Assembly: GCA_951406725.2 (NCBI GenBank)
Contig: OX597817.1
Span: 171,306,001-171,370,000 of the forward strand
DNA from: Octopus vulgaris
Taxonomy: Eukaryota
DNA: 64,000 bases
Direction: 5' to 3'
Shown here: positions 40,727-54,104 of the stretch, one piece after another
How positions within the stretch are numbered: position 1 is the stretch's first letter
How the letters are laid out: the number at the start of each line of letters is the position of its first letter
Made by a program: the position numbers and the translations under genes
The notes under the pieces: model-generated
The model's input: only the letters and a program-made list of their open reading frames with translations
What the model was told of the DNA's origin: nothing
Databases searched by the model: none

Positions 40727-43700
40727 GAACAAATACCACCAGGTATTTTCGTTGACACTCTATCAATTCAGTTAATTTGTTGCGTTTTTCATTTCTGTAA
40801 TAGATATACAGTGTTCTCTCAATGCTTATAGCAGAGAGCTGTGCTTGACCAGTGTACCTATTTGTAGGTAGGTAGACTGAGCTATAATCAGAAACTGAAG
40901 TGATCAAGAAATCTAATGATGATTTGTATCAATGGAAACAAATTCGATAACATTTGTAACATATGATAGATTAATGTGTTGTGAGAAGAGACGTGTGCCA
41001 AGATTTCAGACGGGGCTCTGCTTTGAAGAGAAATTTAAGCATCTTTCAAATGAATAAAATGCAGAGCAGGTAACCTGATATGAGCCACTGACTAAGATTT
41101 TAACACCATGATCTACTGGATTGGTTGTAATAGCTAGAAGTTCATCATCATCATCATCATCGTTTAACGTCCGTTCTCCATGCTAGCATGCGTTGGACGG
41201 TTCGACCGGGGATCTGGGAAGCCAGAAGGCTGCACCAGGCTCCAGTCTTATCTGGCAATGTTTCTACAGCTGGATGCCCTTCCTAACGCCAACCACTCCG
41301 TGAGTGTAGTGGGTGTTGTTTTACGTGCCACCTGCACAGGTGCCAGGCGAGGCTGGCAACGGCCACGGTCGGATTGGTGTATTTTACGTGCCACCGGCAC
41401 GGAAGCCAGTCGAGGCGGCGCTGGCATCGGCCACGAGTCGGATAGTGCTTTTTACGTACCACCAGACCAGGGATCCTGGCTGGTTCAATTCGATTTCGAT
41501 TTCGCTTGCCCCAACATGTCTTCGCAAGCAAAGGGGGTTGGCATGGGTGCCTGTCGTCGGATGAGGTTCTATATCGACTTCGCTTGCCTCAACAGGTCTT
41601 TGTGTGTGTGTGTTTGTGTGTACTTAAAGCACCTGTTATGTTCAAGGTGTATTATAAATCAGGTGAGATCAAAAATCGTTTCATTATAGGTAACCAAGTA
41701 AACCAACAATCACCTGCTTCATTTATGGTCAGGTCACTGACATCTAAAGTAGTAAAGCCATTTGGGGGATCTCAACCTGGTGTGTGGCAGATGGATTGGA
41801 TAGCCTGACACCATCATCATCATCTTAACATCTACTCCATGCCTGAATGAGTCAGATGGAATTTGTTGAGACAGATTTTCTATGGCTGGATGCCCTTCCT
41901 GTTGCCAACCCTAACCAATTTCCAAACAAAGGCTTCATCACTTTTTTGTTGGTGTTGTTGTTTAACCCCAGGTCAGCTATCTCAGATTATGTTATCCAAT
42001 AGGTCTTCCTTTCATTAAGATGGTAGGCTGATTTGAAGGAAATTTGGCTGCTATTTCTAACAAATCAAACAACTGTTACAGGTTTCTCTTTTTGTTAGCT
42101 TGGATTATTATGGCAAAGCCTTTCAAAAGGCCTGGAACAGAGAACATGGAAGCATTCTAATGAAATCCCTCAAAGCTCTCTTGAAATCAAAAGCCCAATC
42201 CTTGCCACTAATACCATCAGGTTAAATATATATCAAAAAATAGAATTGGTATTTTCTGCAAGTCATGTTGCCTCAAAGAATTTGACATATCTTAACAGAA
42301 AATAATTTCACACATAACATTCCTTAGCAAAAAACAGATTGGTGTATAAAACTGCTTTTTGCTGAGCAAAATAATGAAATCTTGAGTGGATATATCTGAT
42401 TTCCACAATAAAAGGGTTAAAACTAACAATAACATAAAGAATACAAAAACAATAAGAGCAATCCTTAAATTTTGTTTATAAAACTTGATGTTTGCAGTTG
42501 AAACAGCGTTAAAGTAAAATAGCAATCCCTGCTGCTGTGGTTTTCATCAGTGAAAATCTCTTCATTGAGATGCTGCATTAAAAACACAATATATACCAGA
42601 TTGAAATCAAAAATCATTCCATCAGTGACACAAGAGAACACCAGTTGTCTTTTGGCCCTCTCAGGTCCTGTCAATGATGTGAACTCACTAATGACATGTG
42701 TAGATGAAATCTGTCCCCTACAGTATATAGGAAACAGTGAATAAACATTCACTGATATTGCAAATAGTCGCTGAACTGAATAAAAACTCAGTACATGCAA
42801 TTAAAACAGCATTAAATTAAAATAGCATATAAATAAGGATCTATGAAAACCAAAGTCTCATGCCTCTGAGCAGTATATATATGTTAAATATGATACATAG
42901 ATGGCTATATTAAAAATAGCACTACAAGATGTTTATGCACCAGAATTAAGAGAAAAATATGTTCATCATATCTAAAAGCAAATTATTTCCACATTAGCAA
43001 TTGCTGGGTTTCACCTGGTATTTTTCTGTAAAAGAATTTACCAAAGAGGCCTCTCTGATTGCTTTTCACAAATAAAGAATCACAGACAAAAATAATTTAT
43101 CAAAAATATTGATTTCCTTTGGGCAGATTCATTTGGCACTAGAATCTATTTATCAGAAATATTAAAAAAATTCTTATTTAAACAACTTGTACTTTAAGCA
43201 GAGACTGGCAGCCTAGCCACCTTCAGATTTAGATGGTAGTGAAATACTAAGGATTAGCAACTGCAATACAATAACTTTCATTTGGCTTATGGATTCTTTA
43301 CAGCTGCTGCTAACGCCCACCTGTATTCTTCAACAATCTAGACTCACTACTGGTTAAGTAGTCTTTGTATGAAATTTCTGTACTTGTGTGCATACACATG
43401 TGTGTATGTATGTGTGAGAGTGTGAGTATGCAAAAGCATGTATGGGTTTATGGACACATGTATGTATGAATTGTCTGAGTGGATGTCGGTGCTTAAAGGA
43501 GCGCAAGAATAAGATGTAAACAGTCGCAAAGCAACACAGTATCGAAAATGAAAAACAGACAAATAAATAAACACAAATAAAACAATAAAGAGTTGTTTAT
43601 CTTTTTCTTTCTATTTTCTCCCTCCCCCCCTCAACATGCTTCATATGTGATAAATATCAAGTTCCTAATACGACTGGTTTGAACAGAAACAGCAGCAATA

Positions 43701-43867
43701 GCACTTCACACTTCAGCCTGAAATACTTTCCCAAAATTAGCAATTCTCTAATACTGTGATAATAGCAACACAAACAAACAAACACACACACACAAAACAT
43801 GCTCTTTGCATTCCTTCACATCACTACATCATTTTCTTTGATTTTTACAAATATGTATGTATGTATG

Positions 43868-43904
<37 letters not shown>

Positions 43905-43914
43905 TCTTTCTCTC

Positions 43915-44129
43915 TTTTTACTCTCTTTTACTTGTTTCAGTCATTTTACTGCGGCCATGCTGGAGCACCGCCTTTAGTCGAGCAAATCGACCCCGGGACT
44001 TATTCTTTGTAAGCCCAGTACTTATTCTATCGGTCTCTTTTTGCCGAACCGCTAAGTGACGGGGACGTAAGCACACCAGCATCGGTTGTCAAGCAATGCT
44101 AGGGGGACAAACACAGACACACAAACACG

Positions 44130-44165
<36 letters not shown>

Positions 44166-44318
44166 CGACAGGCTTCTTTCAGTTTCCGTCTACCAAATCC
44201 ACTCACAAGGCATTGGTCGGCCCGGGGCTGTAGCAGAAGACACTTGCCCAAGATGCCACGCAGTGGGACTGAACCCGGAACCATGTGGTTGGTTAGCAAG
44301 CTACTTACCACACAGCCA
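43915..44318 (-). mobile_element. CORE-like tRNA SINE (young copy)
   Basis: Reverse complement of the 19741-20170 family, with CpGs mostly intact. Confidence 0.9.
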
Positions 44319-44338
44319 CATATATATATGTATGTACA

Positions 44339-44532
44339 TGAGGAGATGCTGAAAAGTTCCTGGCTTTGAGTAAAACAGAAGAAAAAGGAAAATATAGGAT
44401 TTTATTCAACATATTCTTCTCTCAGATTCACACACTTATTGCAGCATTCCTTCAGCAGTACATCGAAAGTTAAGCCTCCAACCAGGCTTTTTGTGATACC
44501 CTTAAAGCCTAGAACTTTCCTGCAACCGCTCA
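44339..44532. mobile_element. Mariner-derived MITE
   Basis: Imperfect TIRs tgaggagatgctgaaaagttcctggctt / aagcctagaactttcctgcaaccgctca, followed by TA. Confidence 0.65.
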
Positions 44533-45639
44533 TATATAAATACACACACAGACACACACACACACACACACACGTGCGCGCACGCACAAACATACATGTC
44601 AATCATCATCATGATCATCACCATCAATTTAACGTCCATGTTTTGTGCTGGAGTGGGTTAGACGGTTTGACAAAGATTTGATGAGTTTAAAAGCTGCATC
44701 ATTGTGCTCCAGTGTCTACCCTGGCATGCTTTATACAGCTGGATGCTCTTCCTAACACCAGCCACCTCACAGAGTGTACTGGGTGCTACTTTTGCAACAT
44801 CAGCATTAATGAGGTCATCGTGCAGCATGGAAGACTAAGATCTGCATTGATCAAGTGGGACTATAGTCGAGAGGGAAGCAGCTTCATGCCAGGAGATGGA
44901 AGATTCAACTATGAAAGTAAAAGCCTGAGCAGAACAGGTTTCTTTCTGTAGAGGAATTACATGGCTTCTTACAGTATAAAAAAGAGGATGGGAATGGCCA
45001 CAGTATAGCTGAAAGGATGTAAAAATAGTGGTGATGAGGTGTCAGAGTAGACCTTCAAGCTAGAAGTAAGAGGGAATAAGAAGTACTATGGATGTGTGGG
45101 TGGGTAGAGGTTGCAAGTGTGTATATGAGAGATGGTTAGAGATGGAAAATTGGTGACAGGGTGAATATTATAAAGAACAAGTGTTGAGGGATGATAAGTA
45201 GGGAAGGTAGGGAAGAGTAGGTGACAACTGTAGAAATTGGTGGATGAGGAGTGACCAATGGTAGGTGAATCAAAGGGAGGTAGGAAAGACAAAATGACTG
45301 ACAGTGCAGAAAGGGGACTGAGAAGAGGGTGAAGAGTAGTAGAATAGTAATAATAATAATGGTACAGTAGGCAGGGGGAGATGACATGTGGTTGGGGAGG
45401 TTGTAATAATGCAAGGCAGTTAAAGTGAAGGGTTAAGGGAGACATGGTGGTGGAGGAGAGACAATTTAGTGGCTCAGAAGGTGATCGATATAAAATGTGG
45501 GTGGAGAAAACAGTATTAAGAATCACATTTAGCAGCTAAATAGTGCATTTAGAGAGTTGATTGGGGGTGAGAATGTCTTAAGGAGGAAATTGGGTAAGAA
45601 CTGTGCTTCCAGAATGCAGTTTCATCAAGGTGGGCAGGT

Positions 45640-47990
45640 CTTCTCAAGAATCACATCACAGGTTATTCCAATCCTTTACCACTTCACCTGTGAGGTTTTT
45701 AAGTCTTGAGATCAACCTTCACCACTTTGTCCCTTGTTTTCCCAGATCTCCCACTTCTGCAAGTTCCATCCATATTAAGTCATCATCTCAAATTTACGCA
45801 GATATCTTCATCCATATGCATCACATGTCCATACCAACACTGTCTTCTTCCTTACATACTGTATCTGATTCCACTTGTGCTCAGTTTTTCTCTAGATGCA
45901 TTTGTACTTTGCCATTCATTCACACTTACATTTCACATTCAGTAGAGCTTGCATGCTTCATTTCTTTCAAGTCTTCTCAAGCCCTCTGCATTCAAGGCCA
46001 ATTTGACTGAGTGGGACTGCAGTAGAGACGGAAGCAGCTTTATGCTAGAAGATGAAAGGTTAAAGTATGAAACAGCGGTTTCCACATCAGTATCATACGA
46101 TTTACCCTTCACTCTGAGGGGAAAGACCTTTCTTGTAAACAGTGAAAGAAGATCCCTTAACGTTTTTCAATCTGTCCCTGCTCATGGTTTAGTGATTAAG
46201 GTATTTGGCCCAAAATTGTAAGGTCATGAGTTCAATTCCCAGTGATGCATTGTGTTCTTGAGCAAGGCACTTTATTTCACATTGCGCCAGTCCACTCAGC
46301 TGGCAAAAATGAGTAGGACCTTTATTTCAAAGGGCCAGCCTTCTCACATTCTGTGTCACACTGAATCTCCCTGAGAACTATGTTAAGGGTATGCATGTCT
46401 GTGGAGTGCACAGTCACTCGTACGTTAATTCCACAAGCAGGCTGTTCCATAGATCGGATCACCTGGAACCCTTGATGTCGTAACCAACAGAATGCCAGTT
46501 TCTTACCCAGGCTACTATGCTTTCAGAACAACCACCTCTTTTGCTAAATACATCTTCTAGATAACAAAAGCCATCATTTACTTTTAGTGAGTCATCCATA
46601 CGTGCAAGAGAATCTATTTCTGATGTGCTTATAGAAGACACTGCTCCAATGCATCTGTCACATATGAATCTTGCTTTCTCCATTAGTCTGCTTGGGATTC
46701 CAGTACACCTCTTCTGTGCCCCTAGTTGACAGTGTATGGATTTTATATCTACTTCCTTCCTTTCTAGTGAAGCCTTTTCATTCTAGGTTTAGCTTCCATG
46801 CATTGAACTTCCTCTCTAATTCCTCAATACATTCAATTATTAGAACTAGATAATCAGTATAAAGGAGTCCCTATGGACAGCCAGTTTTAAACTCTTCTGT
46901 GATGGCTATTAGGACTATGAAGAACAGAAGAAGACTGAGGGTTGAACCTTGACGGACTCTGACCCGCATGTCAAATTTGACACTGAAACCACTACTGGCT
47001 CACACTTTACCCACTGCATCTTTATACATGGCTAATACGGCCCTTACAAGCCATTTGTCAACATTTGGTTTCCTTAGTGACCACCAAGTTACTGAATATT
47101 TTATTCTTAAAGCATCTTCTCAAAATCAACAAAGGCCAGGAATACTAGATTATTCTTAACCAACTATTTCTCCTACAGTTGCCTTCTTAAGAAGACTATG
47201 TCCATGGCACCTCATCCATACATAAAACCAAACTGCATTTCATCCAGATCTACTCAGTCAAAGATCAATTGAGCTATGACTCTCATCATGCCATCATGTA
47301 TCCTGGTGCAGGAGTGGCTGTGTGGTAAGTAGCTTGCTTACCAACCACATGGTTCCGGGTTCAGTCCCACTGCGTGGCATCTTGGGCAAGTGTCTTCTGC
47401 TATAGCCTCGGGCCGACCAATGCCTTGTGAGTGGATTTGGTAGACAGAAACTGAAAGAAGCCTGTCGTATATATGTATATATATATATATGTGTGTGTGT
47501 GTTTGTGTGTCTGTGTTTGCCCCACCTAGCATTGCTTGACAACCGATGCTGGTGTGTTTACGTCCCTGTCACTTAGTGGTTCGGCAAAAGAGACCGATAG
47601 AATAAGTCCTGGGCTTACAAAGAATAAGTCCCGGGGTCGATTTGCTTGACTAAAGGTGGTGCTCCAGCATGGCTGCAGTCAAATGACTGAAACAAGTAAA
47701 AGAGTAAAAAGAGTATGTATCCTGGCTCACCAGATATTTTGAGCATCTCCTCACCTATCCATGATAGACCCACTGCTTTTCCTCTCTTCATGACTCTTTG
47801 TCACTTTATCTACCATGCTACACTCGATTTGACTTGCTGGTCCCTCAGCATGGTTAGCATGAGGCAGCCCCTCTTTATCTCATGCATTCTCCAGTTTAAG
47901 CAGCCTCACATAATAGTACTTCCATGCTATTTTCTTATCCTTCATATTGTTGGTGAGTATACCTTCATCATTTTAAATGCATTACCTGCC
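45640..47990 (-). mobile_element. Fragmented old RTE-type LINE interrupted by SINEs
   Basis: Minus-strand remnants include LRRLERNEA..., LREKL..., WYGHVMHMDED and DGFCYLEDVFSKRGGCSESIVA; many stops and frameshifts. Confidence 0.65.
47305..47714 (+). mobile_element. CORE-like tRNA SINE with TSD
   Basis: Full head and tail; atgtatcct(gg) is duplicated at 47296 and 47715. Confidence 0.92.
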
Positions 47991-48301
47991 AATGTCATCA
48001 CACACACACACACACACACACACATATGCTGGAACTGGTGCATCAGTATCAAGAATTCTCAATCGGCACTTTTCAGACGATTATGGGCCCTGTTAATGTA
48101 TGTTTTCATTCATGTGCATTAACTACAGCATTAAAATGGTTTAGCTCTTATTTCTAGCAATGTAGGTGTTTCCTAACATCCTAGCCACATTTAGTGACAT
48201 TTGTAATTCTCCTTTTTGGTGAAAAATTGCAAACTGCTGTTTATATTAATTTTATATGTGTGCATGTGCATGTGTGTGTGTGCGTGTGTGTATCTTTATA
48301 T

Positions 48302-48795
48302 TTATCTCCTCAAAGACATACAGCATCTCGAAAGAGTCCAGAAGCTGGCTACCCGCATGGTTCATGGTCTCAAAAATTTTTCCTATGAAGAAAGGCTGAG
48401 GACGCTCGACCTTTATTCTCTAGAAAAACGCCGCCGCCGTGGTGATCTCATTCTCGCCCACAACATCATAAGCGGAAAGTGTAACCTCTCGAAAGAGCTG
48501 TTCTTCACTCCTGCTCCAGAGTGTCGGCTGCGGGGTCATTCCGAAAAGCTCTACCTGCGACGATTTCATCTCAATCGAAGGAGAGGAGCTTTCTCCGTCC
48601 GGGTTGCGGATCCGTGGAACAAGCTGCCAGACGAGATGGTGAAGATGCCGACGACCACTTTGTTCAAAGCCTCCCTTGACCTCAAGTGGCCTGAACTCTT
48701 TACATGAACACCACCCTGTACTTAACTCCATGTCCCCCTACATGGCCTTGCTATTTGCTTTTGAGCCAAATTAACTAGCTAACTAACTAACTAAC
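48302..48795 (+). mobile_element. Young 5'-truncated CR1-like LINE 3' end, ORF still open
   Basis: KDIQHLERVQKLATRMVHGL...YEERLRTLDLYSLEKRRRRGDLI...WNKLP is a classic CR1 ORF2 C-terminus; 3' UTR and (CTAA)n tail. Confidence 0.92.
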
Positions 48796-49108
48796 ATAAA
48801 GTCAATCAATAAAAAACATACGGTAAACTTGCCACAAGAAGTGGACAGAGTGCTCCAGGGAAAAGTTAAAAGAAGAAAAATTAATGAGAGACATCAGAGT
48901 TTTTACATTGTCTAAGTTACCAAAAGAGAAAAAGAAAACCAGCTGCAACTGATAAGGAATGTAGGACCGAATGAACTTCAAATGTGAACAAGAAATGGTA
49001 GGAATAATGGCGAAAGAAAGAGAAATGGAACAAGGATGGCTATATTGTATAAGTTTCCTTGACACAGACAAGCACCAGCCTCTTTAGAGTCTGTTTGATC
49101 AGACATAA

Positions 49109-49142
<34 letters not shown>

Positions 49143-49393
49143 AGTGAAACACACATGCACTCATTAGAATAAACTTTCGTAATTCATCTATCGAGTGTAA
49201 TTAAAGTAAATTTACAAGCGATTATAAATGTTTCAAGAATGCCACGTAAAGTGTCTGGGAAGGTAAAGAGGGAAACAAAAACTCCAAAGAAAATATGGTA
49301 CACCATGTGGAACAAAATATGAGCATATGACCTAATAAAATGCTAATGTGGTAATATATATATATATGTATATATGTGTGTGTGTGTGTGTGT

Positions 49394-49690
49394 GGAGGTG
49401 CAATGGCCCAGTGGTTAGGGTAGCGGACTCGCGGTCGTAGGATCGTGGTTTCGATTCCCAGACCGGGCGTTGTGTGTGTTTATTGAGCGAAAACACCTAA
49501 AAGCTCCACGACGCTCCGGCAGGGGGTGGTGATCCCTGCTGTACTCTTTCACCACTCTTTCTCCCACTCTTTCGTCTGTTGGCCTACTCACTTAGCCAGC
49601 GGGGTGGCGTCATTCAAAGGCTAAAACAATGCGAACGCATTGTGACCAGCGATGTGTAACAACATCTGATGGTCTGGTCAGTCACGTGAT
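49394..49690 (+). mobile_element. tRNA(Arg-like)-derived SINE
   Basis: ggaggtgcaatggcccagtggttagggtagcggactcgcg...ggtttcgattccc head shared with 59513-59896, but with a different 3' half. Confidence 0.85.
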
Positions 49691-49785
49691 CTCCTTCTTT
49701 CCTTCTTTCCTGAGCGTCCAAAATATACTATATTTGTTCCATGTCCTTGCGTTGTTTTGTTTTTTGTGCTTTCATGTTTGGATTA

Positions 49786-49820
<35 letters not shown>

Positions 49821-49992
49821 GACGGACTTCTTTCAATTTTCGTCTACCAAATCAACTTTTCAATATTAAGTTGAAAACTGAAAAATTGAATGTGGAACAT
49901 ATATATGTTTACTAATTTATATTATTTATTTACATCATTATGTATATGTATATTTTTATATGTATAGGAGTGTGAGTATATGCACTCATATG

Positions 49993-50125
49993 TATATCTC
50001 CGAAGAGGCCTTATGATATTTTTGTAAATGTCTCATTTATATCTATATATTGACCTACCATATAAGGCTAATATTGGTAAAATGAGACATACTTATCTAC
50101 ATGGTCGAAACAGCTGTAAGATGTA
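49993..50125 (+). ncRNA. Type-I hammerhead-like motif with a very long stem II
   Basis: tatatct-CCGAAGA-ggcc...(~92 nt)...ggtc-GAAA-cagctg-TA-agatgta. 7-bp stem I, palindromic stem III, internal helix atgtctcattt/aaatgagacat; core U4 is C. Confidence 0.65.
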
Positions 50126-50701
50126 ATCTATACTTATATCACGTGATATATATATATATATATATACAATCATCATCATCATCATCATCAAACATCTGCT
50201 TTCCATGCTAGCATGGGTTGAATGGTTCGACTGGGTTCTGGGAAGCCAGGAGGCTGCACCAGGCCCCAGTCTGATCTGGCAGTGTTTCTACAGCTGGATG
50301 CCCTTCCTAATGCCAACCACTCCGTGAGCGAAGTGGGTGCTTTTTACGTGCCACCGGCACAGGGGCCAGAGGAGGCTGGCAATGTTCATGATCGGATTGC
50401 GCAGACAGCTACAAAAACATAAAAAAGCATCACCGATTTCAGCTGTGGCCATCACATCTTTTTAGCTATGTCTAAAAACTACAAGACATGATTGGTGGTA
50501 ATTTGAGGATGATTTAGTTCCATTTTCTTAACAGGTCTTGAGTTCAGTCCCACTGCACAGCACCTTGAGCAAGTGTCTTCTACTATAGTCCTAAGATGAC
50601 CAAAGCCTGATGAGTGGTAGGTGGAACCTGAGATAGTTGGAAATGCCTCTGACCCATGCAAGAATGGAAAAGTAGATGTTAAAATAATGATGACATATAT
50701 A

Positions 50702-50872
50702 GGTGTAGGAGTGGCTGTGTGGTAAGTAGCTTACGAACCACATGGTTCCGGGTTCAGTCGCACTGTGTGGTACCTTGAGCAAGTGTCTTCTACTATAGCC
50801 TCGGGCCAACCAAAGCTTTGTGAGTGGATTTGGTAGGCGGAAACTGAAAGAAGCCCGTCGTATATACATACG

Positions 50873-50945
<73 letters not shown>

Positions 50946-51153
50946 GTGTGTATATGTTTGTGTGTCTGTGTTTGTTCCCCCAACATCGTTTGACAACTGA
51001 TGCTGTTTACGTCCCTGTAACATAGCAGTTCAGCAAAAGAGAATGATAGCATAAGTACTAGGCTTACAAAGAATAAGTCCCAGATTCGATTTGCTCGACT
51101 AAAGGCGGTGCTCCAGCATGGCCACAGTCAAATGACTGAAACAAGTAAAAGAG
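50702..51153 (+). mobile_element. CORE-like tRNA SINE
   Basis: Same head, core and tail as 19741-20170. Confidence 0.9.
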
Positions 51154-51165
51154 TATATATACATG

Positions 51166-51260
<95 letters not shown>

Positions 51261-51589
51261 TGATAGTTAGATGTGTCTGTATATATCCATAGATATATGC
51301 ATAGCGTGTATATAAATAAATATATGAAATAAATATATAGCATTTGTGCCAGTGCCATATTAGAGCACTTGTGTTGGTGCCTTATTAAAAGCACCCAGCA
51401 CACACACTCTTGGAGTGGTTGGCATTAGGAAGGGCATCCAGACATAAAAACCAAGCCAAATATGACTCGAACCAGATGCAGCTCTCCTGCTTGCCAGCTC
51501 TGGTCAAACTGCCTAACCCATGCCGGCATGGAAAACAGACATTGAAGGATGATAATGATGATGATGATGATGATGATATATGAAGTGTG

Positions 51590-52745
51590 TGTGTGTGTGT
51601 GCATGCGTGTGTGTGTCTATGTGTGTGTGTCTTTGTGTTTGTCTTCCATCACTACTTGACAACCAATGTTGAGTTGTTTATATCCTCATAACTTAACAGT
51701 TTGACAAAAGCAACAAACAGAATAAGGACTAGGCTTAAATGAAAAAAATTAATACTGGGATCAGCTTGTTCGACCAACCCATTGGTTTTCAACCAGGGTC
51801 CTTATGGCCTTTAGGGGTCCACATAAGATTTTGTTGTTAAAATTTGTTTCCAATAAATTGGTTATACTCCCACAACACACAAAGCCTTTTAATAATTTTA
51901 TTATACAACACCAAATAATATTTAATTATAAAAAAAATAAGAGGATTTCTTTAACCCAAAGTATTTCAACTGGCCATATCTGGGCCCAAATATTCTACCT
52001 GTTTTACGTTCAAACTGGCCAGATGTGGCCTCTCACACCTACCCTAAAATATCATTCTAAAAATTAACAGTTACCTCATCAGAATCTCAAAGTACAAAAT
52101 AATGCATGATTAATTAAAAACTTGTGAGTAAGCGTCTGTCTGGTAAGTAGCTTGCTTACCAACCACATGGTTCCGGGTTCAGTCCCACTGTGTGGCACCT
52201 TAGGCAATTGTCTTCTATAGCCTCAGGCTGACAAAAGCCCCGAGAGTGGATCTGGTAGAAGGAAACTGAAAGAAGGCTGTCGTATATATATGTATATGTA
52301 TGTATGTATATGCATGTATATGTGTGTGTGTGTGTGTGTGTGTATATAAATATATGCATATGCTTGTGTGTCTATGTTTGTTCCCCCACCATCGCTTGAC
52401 AACTGATGTTGGTGTGTTTCTGTCCCGTAACTTAGCAGTTTGGCAAAAGAGACAGATAGAATAAGTACTAGGCTTACAAAGAATAAGTCCCAGGGTTGAT
52501 TTGCTTGGTTAAAGGCAGTGCTCCAGCATGGCCACAGTCAAATGACTGAAACAAGTAAAGGAATAAATAGGCATAACTTTTATCAAAATAATCTGAATGC
52601 TAAAGGGTTAACCATCAAATGCCCATCTGAATAAAATAGGGATCAAAGGGGTCCATCGGTAAAAAATAGTTGAGAAATACTGGACTTAAACCTTCAAGGT
52701 GGTAACCATGCATGGCTGCAATCCAATGACTGGAACAAGCATAAG
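51590..52745. mobile_element. Four-level nested insertion: SINE > hAT-like MITE > piggyBac-like MITE > SINE
   Basis: The old SINE tail is split at ~51779/52683. hAT-like termini cattggttttcaacc / agttgagaaatactg; TTAA-ccc ... ggg-TTAA at ~51951-52611; inner SINE ~52135-52565. Confidence 0.75.
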
Positions 52746-53032
52746 GTCAAGGGTTAAAGGAAGGTTGAGCAATCATGCAGAGGTTCTTTTGTTGATTGTT
52801 GTTGATGGTGTTTAGCTCAGATAGCCAAGGCTAAGTGAATTTATGATCAAAGGCATTCCAACCATGACCACTTCGTTTTTTTTTTTTGTATGTCAAGGAA
52901 TACATCATCACATTATCCAATGTGACCTTTTGCCAAGATGATAAGGTTTGGTTTCATGAAGATTTAGCTTCTATTTCTAGCAAGTATAAGGAGCTTCCTA
53001 GCAGTATTGCTGTGGTGGTAGTGGTAATGAAG

Positions 53033-53500
53033 GTTAGCACGCCGGGCGAAATGCTTAGCGGTATTTCGTCTGCCGCTACGTTCTGAGTTCAAATTCCGCC
53101 GAGGTCAACTTTGTCTTTCATCCTTTCGGGTTAGATTAAATAAGTACCAATTACGCACTGGGGTCGATATAATCGATTTAATCCGTTTGTGAGTCCTTGT
53201 TTGTCCTCTCTGTGTTTAGCTCCTTGTGGACAGTAAAGAAATAGGTAATGAAGATGGTTTCATGAAGATTTGGCTTCTGTTTCTAGCAAGTATAAGGAGC
53301 TCCTTGGTGGCGATGCTGCGGCGGTGTTGTTGATACGTTGTGAGTTCAAATTCCGCCGAGGTCGACTTTGCCTTTCATCCTATTGAGGTCGATAAATTAA
53401 GTACCAGTTACGCACTGGGGTCGATGTAATCGACTTAATACCTATGTCTGTCCTTGTTTGTCCCCTCTGTGTTTAGCCTCTTGCGGGCAATAAAGAAATA
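53033..53500 (+). mobile_element. Two 5'-truncated Meta-type SINEs in a locally duplicated segment
   Basis: The first copy is flanked by ggtaatgaag on both sides; gaagattt(a/g)gcttct(a/g)tttctagcaagtataaggagct occurs twice (~52958, ~53264). Confidence 0.8.
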
Positions 53501-53604
53501 GGTAATATTTTCATAACGATAATAATGATGGTGGTGGTGGTGGTGGTGATATTGGTGATGATGGTCGCGGTCGTGGTGGTCGTGGTAAAGATCAAAGTAC
53601 ATAC

Positions 53605-53870
53605 AAACAATATATTGAAAATCGAAAGAACAAAAAACAAAGACCGTCTGAGATGTAAAACAATCTTTTGAAAAATGACATAAACGAGAGTGAAGGATTA
53701 CGGAGATAAAGAGGTTTTAATGGTGCTAAAAAAAATTCGTGTGTTTACGTTTGTTTCTCGTGTTTATTTACAACGATGAGAGCGAAAAGAGGCCAAGTTA
53801 AAAATGGAAAACGAAATCGGCGGAAAAAGACGGGAAAAGGATATTAGCTGGAAGGAATATCAATCAACAA
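53605..53870 (-). promoter_or_regulatory. Candidate non-coding first exon / promoter region of a leftward-running gene
   Basis: Unique, CpG-containing and pyrimidine-rich on minus; ends in a GTATGT donor (53604-53599); sits at the CpG-poor/CpG-rich boundary. Inference only. Confidence 0.3.
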
Positions 53871-54104
53871 CTCGGTGGCTGGTGGTGTATGTGTGTTGGT
53901 ATATATATATATATATATATGTGTGTGTCGATGTGTATTCGTGCATATGTCTGTGTATGTGTGTATGTATGTGCAAGTGTATGTAAGCATGCATGTATGT
54001 GGACGGACGGATGGTGTAAAAATGACAAATTATCAGACGTAGGGGTTTATGCGGTTCGTTTAGCAACAGGTACACTCCGATTGTGCAATACAAACACGCA
54101 TATA

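Noticed and set aside
42292-42800. Minus-strand ORFs in unique DNA as coding exons
   Set aside because: Splice-like signals exist, but there is no recognisable homology or convincing exon chain. It may be UTR or intron; not supportable.
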